The notes under the pieces: model-generated
What the model was told of the DNA's origin: nothing
Database searches by the model: none
The model's input: the letters and a program-made list of their open reading frames with translations, nothing else
Program-made: the position numbers and the translations under genes
Origin: Oceanispirochaeta sp.
GTDB lineage: Bacteria > Spirochaetota > Spirochaetia > DSM-2461
Direction: 5' to 3'
Assembly: GCA_963666275.2 (NCBI GenBank)
Contig: CAXXOA010000002.1
Span: 1,728,001 to 1,792,000, forward strand
Length of the DNA stretch: 64,000 bases
Part shown: piece by piece, positions 58,825 through 64,000 of the stretch
Position numbering within the stretch: the stretch's first letter is position 1
Layout of the letters: every line of letters begins with the position of its first letter

Positions 58825-60222
58825 ATGAATACGTTCAAATTGGCAATAATCAGTGGCAAGCTGGGAGATGTTGACGGTGTCTCTCTGGAAGTGGATAAAT
58901 GGATAGAGGTTCTGACAGGCCTGGGACATGAGATTTATACAGTTGCCGGAAGCTATGCCTCCGAACTGAAGAGTGTTCCCGCCGAAAGAAGACTGACTGT
59001 ACCGGAACTGGCTTTTGATACGGATTTTCAGAGAGAGATAGAGCTGGCCATGTTTCCCTATGTTCTCCCCGGAAAAAGAAAAAGGGTTACCAGAGAGAAG
59101 CAGGGGGAACTTCTGGAACAGCTGGATCTGGCGGGGAATGAAATTGCCGAAAGGATTCACGATTTTATTATGGAACACAGTATTCATGCTCTGATAGCCC
59201 AGAATACCAATGCCATGCCCATGACCATGATCGGGGCTTCTGCTGTCTACAAACTGGCGACGGACTACAAAATGGCTGTGATTTTTCATCACCACGATTT
59301 CTGGTGGGAGAGGAGCCGGTTCAGCGGCAACCTCATGGAGAATGTGCTTCAGCAGATTATGCCCCCCACGGATCCGACCCTTGAGCATGTGGTAATCTCA
59401 TCCTATGCGGCCCACAACCTGACCACCATCAAACGGGTGAATCCCCATATCGTTCCCAACTGCGAAGATTTTGATCATCCTCCCGTGTGGGATGATTACA
59501 ACAGGAAGTTCCGGGAGGATCTGGGGTATGCAAAGGATGATATCCTTTTTGTTCAGCCCACAAGGATTGTCCCCCGGAAGAGGATCGAAGATTCGATTTT
59601 TCTGGTGTCCAGGTTCTGTACCCGCTATCCCGAATTGAGGGATAAAGTGAAATTTATAATCTCCCTCTATCAGGGCGACGAACTGGACGACAGCTATGTC
59701 GACGGGATCAAGAGCCTGGCGGACAAAGAGAATGTCCATCTGGATCTGATTGCCGAAAGGGTTGCTTCTGTGCGAGGCAAAGACGATGAGGGCAGAAATC
59801 TCTACACGAACAGAGACGTTCTGCTCAATGCGGATTTTGTCACCTATCTTCCTCTCTGGGAGGGATTCGGTAATGCTCTTCTGGAAGCCGTAGCCGCCAG
59901 GGTCCCCATTGCGGTGACCACCTATCTTGTCTACAAAACGGATATTATGAACCGGGGCCTCGAGTGTGTGGAGATCCGGGATGACTACGACAGCCAGGGG
60001 AATCTGATCATACCCGACAATGCTCTGGAGCAGATTCATCAGATCCTGTTTAAGCCGGGACTGCGGGAAGAAATGACCGAAAACAGCTTCAAAGCCATGA
60101 AAGCCGCCTTCAGTATGGATGTACTCAGGCAGCAGCTTTCCGGAATTATGGACAGCTACGGGGATGAGATCAAAGCCTCAGCCAAAAGGCTCCATAAAAA
60201 AGTGAAGCATTTTGCCGTCTGA
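58825..60222 (+). CDS. GT4 glycosyltransferase resembling mannosylglucosylglycerate synthase (MggS)
   Basis: DGVSLEVDKW, HHHDFWWER, QPTRIVPRKRIE and EGFGNALLEA motifs. Confidence 0.75.
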   Translation: MNTFKLAIISGKLGDVDGVSLEVDKWIEVLTGLGHEIYTVAGSYASELKSVPAERRLTVPELAFDTDFQREIELAMFPYVLPGKRKRVTREKQGELLEQLDLAGNEIAERIHDFIMEHSIHALIAQNTNAMPMTMIGASAVYKLATDYKMAVIFHHHDFWWERSRFSGNLMENVLQQIMPPTDPTLEHVVISSYAAHNLTTIKRVNPHIVPNCEDFDHPPVWDDYNRKFREDLGYAKDDILFVQPTRIVPRKRIEDSIFLVSRFCTRYPELRDKVKFIISLYQGDELDDSYVDGIKSLADKENVHLDLIAERVASVRGKDDEGRNLYTNRDVLLNADFVTYLPLWEGFGNALLEAVAARVPIAVTTYLVYKTDIMNRGLECVEIRDDYDSQGNLIIPDNALEQIHQILFKPGLREEMTENSFKAMKAAFSMDVLRQQLSGIMDSYGDEIKASAKRLHKKVKHFAV

Positions 60223-60289
60223 TCTGCAGACATCCCCGGTATGAGGAGAGGAGAGCTGCAGGGAATTGCGGCTCTCTTTTCATTCCAAT

Positions 60290-60748
60290 TCAGGCTTTTA
60301 TTTTCAGAACAATCTTATCCACTTTTCCGGGGCCTTCGCCTCTGTAGTGACAGCAGGGATTATGAGGTTCCTCCGGAAAGAAAATAATAAAGGTTCCGCT
60401 TTCGGCAATAAGAGAGCTTTCTACGGTTCTTTCAAGAAACATAATGTCTTTTTCCGGACTGTAGGGTGTTTTTACAGGAATATCGGTATGAGTTGTAAAA
60501 CCCATTTCCTCTCTTCCTTTGACGATGTACTGGATATCGATGTATTTTTTATGGGCTTCCGGATATTTCTCATCAGGACTCCTGGTTTCATAGATCTGGT
60601 GATCAAAGTAAAGCTCATCACCAGCAATTTCCTGTTTGCCCGGAGCCAGATTTTCAAGATCTGTTTCTCTGAGAAACTGAAAAGCTTTCTTGAAATGGGG
60701 ATGGAGTGATTCGTACCTTTCGGCATTTTCCAGTGTATCGAGTATCAT
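60290..60748 (-). CDS. YhcH/YjgK/YiaL family protein
   Basis: EAHKKYIDIQY, FFPEEPHNP and KIVLKI motifs. Confidence 0.92.
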   Translation of the reverse strand: MILDTLENAERYESLHPHFKKAFQFLRETDLENLAPGKQEIAGDELYFDHQIYETRSPDEKYPEAHKKYIDIQYIVKGREEMGFTTHTDIPVKTPYSPEKDIMFLERTVESSLIAESGTFIIFFPEEPHNPCCHYRGEGPGKVDKIVLKIKA

Positions 60749-60807
60749 ATTCTACTTCCTTGACTGATTCGGTTTTCCTATAATCCTAGCATAGATTTTC
60801 TCCTGTT

Positions 60808-60822
60808 TGAAACGGTGTTTCA
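60808..60822. promoter_or_regulatory. KdgR-type operator upstream of the yjgK-like gene
   Basis: Palindrome TGAAAC-GGT-GTTTCA, 60 bp upstream of the start codon. Confidence 0.6.
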
Positions 60823-61101
60823 GGGTAAAAATCCAAATAGGATCGATTCATTTTCCCCCCATTCGAAAAGGCAGTGCATCGCCTAATTCTCCTCGGCCTT
60901 TTTTTACAATGAAAGGAGTATTTATCCCGGGAAAAGGGATCAGGTGTATTTGAAATGTTTGAATTGAAGTTAGCTTGTGACTTATGTCAAGAGTTTGTGT
61001 TGTTTCTCTGAAACACCCTATCCTGCTGTTGGTTCCCCCGTGGTTATTTCCTATATTGTAGAAAACTTCAGTTTAATAATTCAGGAGAAAATATATTAAA
61101 A

Positions 61102-62625
61102 ATGAAACTTACAATATCACGGAAAATAACCTTACTCATAAGCATCATCACACTAGTCATATCCATAAGCGGTCTCTTTGTCGCCGACAGGGGCCTGCAG
61201 TTTCTGGCTTCGGAGATCTCTTTCAATTCTCTGGGCTACAAGGTTCAGGGAGATATGGAGTCCTTCAAAATGGTTTTCAGGGACAGATTCGGAACACCCT
61301 CTCTGGATAGTGAGGGGCTCCGGGATGAGCAGAAAAATCTGATCAACGACTTTGAGTTTATCGACAGTTTCGCCGGAAAACTCGGTATTACAGCCACTGT
61401 ATTTGAACGGAGAGGAGATAATTTCTACCGTATCATCACCAATATCAAAGACGATCAGGGCAACCGGGCGGTGGGAACAAACCTGGGAAAGCAGAGCAGT
61501 GCCTACAAACCTGTTATGGAGGGGACGAGGTATAGCGGAGAGGCGAATATCCTGGGAGTCCACTATCTGACATCCTATGATCCACTTCTGGATGCTTCGG
61601 GAAATCTGATCGGAATCCTTTATGTGGGGATTCCCGCAGGCCGGATCACCCAACTGGCAGAACAGTGGTCCGGAAGGATCATGACTATTATGCTGATCCT
61701 TTTCCTTTCTCTGGCAGCTGGGGGAATCATTGCCAGCCGGTTTATAGGTAAGCGTTTCTCCCAGCCTATTGAGAAAGGGGTGGAACTGACAGGATGGGTG
61801 GCAGAAGGGATTCTGGATAAAGATGTTCCCCGGGAGCTTCAGGAGAGGGGGGATGAGATCGGAGATCTGGCCCGTTCCATTGAAAAGATGATCCGTAAAA
61901 TGGCTGAGATCGTGGGCAGTGTGAATGCCTCCTCCCGTCATATCGCCCAGGGAAGCCGGGAATTGAATAACTCGGCGAATCTCATGGCTCAGGGGGCTTC
62001 CAGTCAGGCCTCGGCCGCCGAAGAGGTTTCGGCGTCCATGCAGCAGATGAATGCCAATATTCAGCAGAATGCGGAAAATGCCAAAGAGACCGAACATCTG
62101 GCTAAAAAGGTGTCTCAGGATGCGGAAAACAGCGGAAAGTCCGTACAGGAAGCCGTAGATGCCATGCAGAGGATTTCAGAAAAAATTTCCATTATCGATG
62201 AAATAGCCAGACAGACCAATATGCTGGCACTGAATGCTGCAATAGAAGCAGCCAGGGCGGGTGAGCATGGCAAAGGCTTTGCCGTGGTGGCATCGGAAGT
62301 GCGGAAACTGGCGGAAAACAGCCAGAAAGCCGCCAGTGAAATACTGACACTTTCTTCAGAAACAGTAGATTCCGCCTCACGGGCGGGACAGATGCTTTTT
62401 CAGCTCATCCCGGATATTCAGAAAACCACCGCTCTGATTCAGGAGATATCCCATGCCAGTGATGAACAGCGTCACGGGGTTGACCAGATCAATCAGGCTG
62501 TCCTCCAGCTGGACCAGGTCATACAGGACAATGCCTCCACGTCAGAACAGGTGGCGTCCTCATCGTCCGAACTGTCCGGGCAGGCGGATTCACTGCAGGA
62601 TCTGATGGAATATTTTACCTTATAA
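61102..62625 (+). CDS. Methyl-accepting chemotaxis protein with Cache sensor and HAMP domain
   Basis: Two TM helices, TATVF…RAVGT…[16 protein letters not shown] (Cache_3-Cache_2 type), DEIG and [23 protein letters not shown]. Confidence 0.94.
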   Translation: MKLTISRKITLLISIITLVISISGLFVADRGLQFLASEISFNSLGYKVQGDMESFKMVFRDRFGTPSLDSEGLRDEQKNLINDFEFIDSFAGKLGITATVFERRGDNFYRIITNIKDDQGNRAVGTNLGKQSSAYKPVMEGTRYSGEANILGVHYLTSYDPLLDASGNLIGILYVGIPAGRITQLAEQWSGRIMTIMLILFLSLAAGGIIASRFIGKRFSQPIEKGVELTGWVAEGILDKDVPRELQERGDEIGDLARSIEKMIRKMAEIVGSVNASSRHIAQGSRELNNSANLMAQGASSQASAAEEVSASMQQMNANIQQNAENAKETEHLAKKVSQDAENSGKSVQEAVDAMQRISEKISIIDEIARQTNMLALNAAIEAARAGEHGKGFAVVASEVRKLAENSQKAASEILTLSSETVDSASRAGQMLFQLIPDIQKTTALIQEISHASDEQRHGVDQINQAVLQLDQVIQDNASTSEQVASSSSELSGQADSLQDLMEYFTL

Positions 62626-62644
62626 GTGTAGATTGTACTGGCCT

Positions 62645-63478
62645 ATGAAGAAGATAAAACTGATCGCCTGTGATATGGACGGTACACTGCTGAATGACAG
62701 AAAAGAGATCTCCCCCCGGAATCTGGAGATTATAAAGGCCCTGAGGGATAGGGGCGTGTATTTCGTCATTGCCACGGGACGGCATGATTCCATGATCCGG
62801 GAGTACCTGGATCAGATCGGAGGCAATATGCCTGTGATCTCCTGCAACGGCGCACTGATCAGAGATCCCCATACGGGAGAGCTTTTCTCTTCGGACCCGC
62901 TGGAAACCTCCCAGATCCTGGATATTATCCGGATCTGCAAAGACCGGGGATTGGACTATCACCTTTACGGCAGGGATATCATATACGGTGAAGCCCTGAC
63001 CAATAAGATGTACTTCTACAACGAAAGGAACAAAACCCTCCCCCCTGACGCCCGGATTCCTCTCCTGGTATCCGAAGACTATGAAGCTGTCATCAACGCA
63101 CACGAGGGTGCCATATACAAGGTCCTTGTATTTCCCGGAGAAGAAGAGAATTTTGCCAGAATCTCCCGGACAATCTCATCTGAAACAGGCCTGACCGCCT
63201 TCCGATCGGACAAAACCCTGCTGGACATCATGCAGAAGGGCATCACAAAAGCTCAGGGTATGGAGAGTCTCTGCCGGAAACTGAACATCCACCGCAGTGA
63301 AACCGCCGCCATCGGCGACTATCTGAACGACCTGGATATGATCGAGTATGCCGGGGTAGGGGTAGCCATGAACAACGCCGTCCCCGAAGTCAAAGCCGCC
63401 GCCCGTATGATCACCGAAAACAGCAACAACAACAGCGGAGTCGCCGAAGCCCTGGAAAAGCTTGTTCTCTCTGTCTAG
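62645..63478 (+). CDS. Cof-type HAD-IIB hydrolase
   Basis: DMDGTLL, ATGR, NGA, TKAQG, GDYLNDLDM and AMNNA motifs. Confidence 0.93.
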   Translation: MKKIKLIACDMDGTLLNDRKEISPRNLEIIKALRDRGVYFVIATGRHDSMIREYLDQIGGNMPVISCNGALIRDPHTGELFSSDPLETSQILDIIRICKDRGLDYHLYGRDIIYGEALTNKMYFYNERNKTLPPDARIPLLVSEDYEAVINAHEGAIYKVLVFPGEEENFARISRTISSETGLTAFRSDKTLLDIMQKGITKAQGMESLCRKLNIHRSETAAIGDYLNDLDMIEYAGVGVAMNNAVPEVKAAARMITENSNNNSGVAEALEKLVLSV

Positions 63479-63550
63479 CCTCTACTGCCGCCACCAGAGG
63501 ACTGCCGTGTCTGCCGGCCCCTGTGCGGTGTGTGTCTCCGTGTAGGTGAG

Positions 63551-63840
63551 TGTCCCCGTGTGGGGTGTCCCGGTGTGGGGTGTCCTGGTGTGGGGTGTCC
63601 CGGAGTGGGGTGTCCCGGAGTGGGGTGTCCCGGAGTGGGCTGTCCCGGAGTGGGGTGTCCCGGTGTGGGCTGTCCCGGTGTGGGCTGTCCCGGAGTGGGG
63701 TGTCCCGGTGTGGGCTGTCCCGGAGTGGGGTGTCCCGGAGTGGGGTGTCCCGGTGTGGTGTGTCCCGGTGTGGTGTGTCCCGGTGTGGTGTGTCCCGGTG
63801 TGGTGTGTCCCGGTGTGGTGTGTCCCGGTGTGGTGTGTCC
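63551..63840. repeat. 15-bp tandem repeat, about 19 units (TGTCCCGG[T/A]GTGG[G/T][G/C])
   Basis: Counted directly: 19 units plus 5 nt, head to tail, no spacers. Confidence 0.95.
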
Positions 63841-63841
63841 T

Positions 63842-63904
63842 GTAGCCCGTGAGGACCAGTCTCCACGGGGAGTACTGTATGGGCAGTTCATGAACTGCCC
63901 TTAC
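63842..63904. repeat. Two GTAG-type REP-like hairpins
   Basis: GTAG-CCCGTG…CACGGG (63842-63869) and GTAT-GGGCAGTTCATGAACTGCCC-TTAC (63877-63904, perfect 20-bp palindrome). Confidence 0.65.
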
Positions 63905-63941
63905 TCAGCCTTCCAGAGCCAGCTTGACTTCACAGGCTGCA

Positions 63942-64000
63942 GCACCGCCTCCCAGCGCCGCACCGCCTCCCAGCGTCGCACCACCTCCCAGCGTCGCACC
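63942..64000. repeat. 18-bp tandem repeat, at least 3 units, cut by the window edge
   Basis: GCACC[G/A]CCTCCCAGCG[C/T]C repeated. Confidence 0.85.

Noticed and set aside
60821..60900. c-di-GMP-I riboswitch upstream of the MCP
   Set aside because: CCATTCGAAA resembles part of the motif, but the GGCAAA and GACGCAAA elements and the stem pairing are missing.
60976..60991. Crp/Fnr-like box TGTGA-N6-TCAAG upstream of the MCP
   Set aside because: Single imperfect site with no corroboration.
63551..63840. CRISPR array
   Set aside because: Head-to-tail 15-bp units with no unique spacers and no cas genes.
63411..63891. ORFs encoding (DTPHR)n, (TPGHP)n, (VPVWG)n and (GVSRC)n as annotated CDS
   Set aside because: Open only because the repeat has no stop codons. 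No convincing RBS or homology.

Overview
64 kb of chromosomal DNA from an anaerobic bacterium, inferred from gene content to be a free-living spirochaete (Spirochaetaceae-like). The centrepiece is a complete group-II molybdenum nitrogenase cluster (nifH-nifI1-nifI2-nifD-nifK-nifE-nifN-nifB-2Fe2S fdx, then nifV and an activator) with two clear sigma54 promoters. The activator looks more like AnfA/VnfA than classical NifA. Both nif promoters lack TGT-N10-ACA but carry paired (T/C)AC-N6-GTA sites. The window also holds a pspF-pspABC module, an ODP plus soluble chemoreceptor pair, hcpR/hcp with its operator, and a macrodomain-RqcH-Memo-AMMECR1-pseudokinase operon. Further modules are a PLP-enzyme/PAS-sigma54/NifX/DUF5320/MBL (Orp-like) unit, three c-di-GMP enzymes flanking nif, and a two-component system with a YcjNOP-like ABC importer and MggS-like glycosyltransferase. 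There is one frameshifted HisJ-family gene, several REP-like elements and three tandem repeats. No rRNA, tRNA, CRISPR array or transposase was seen. All family calls come from motif recognition and recall, not database searches.
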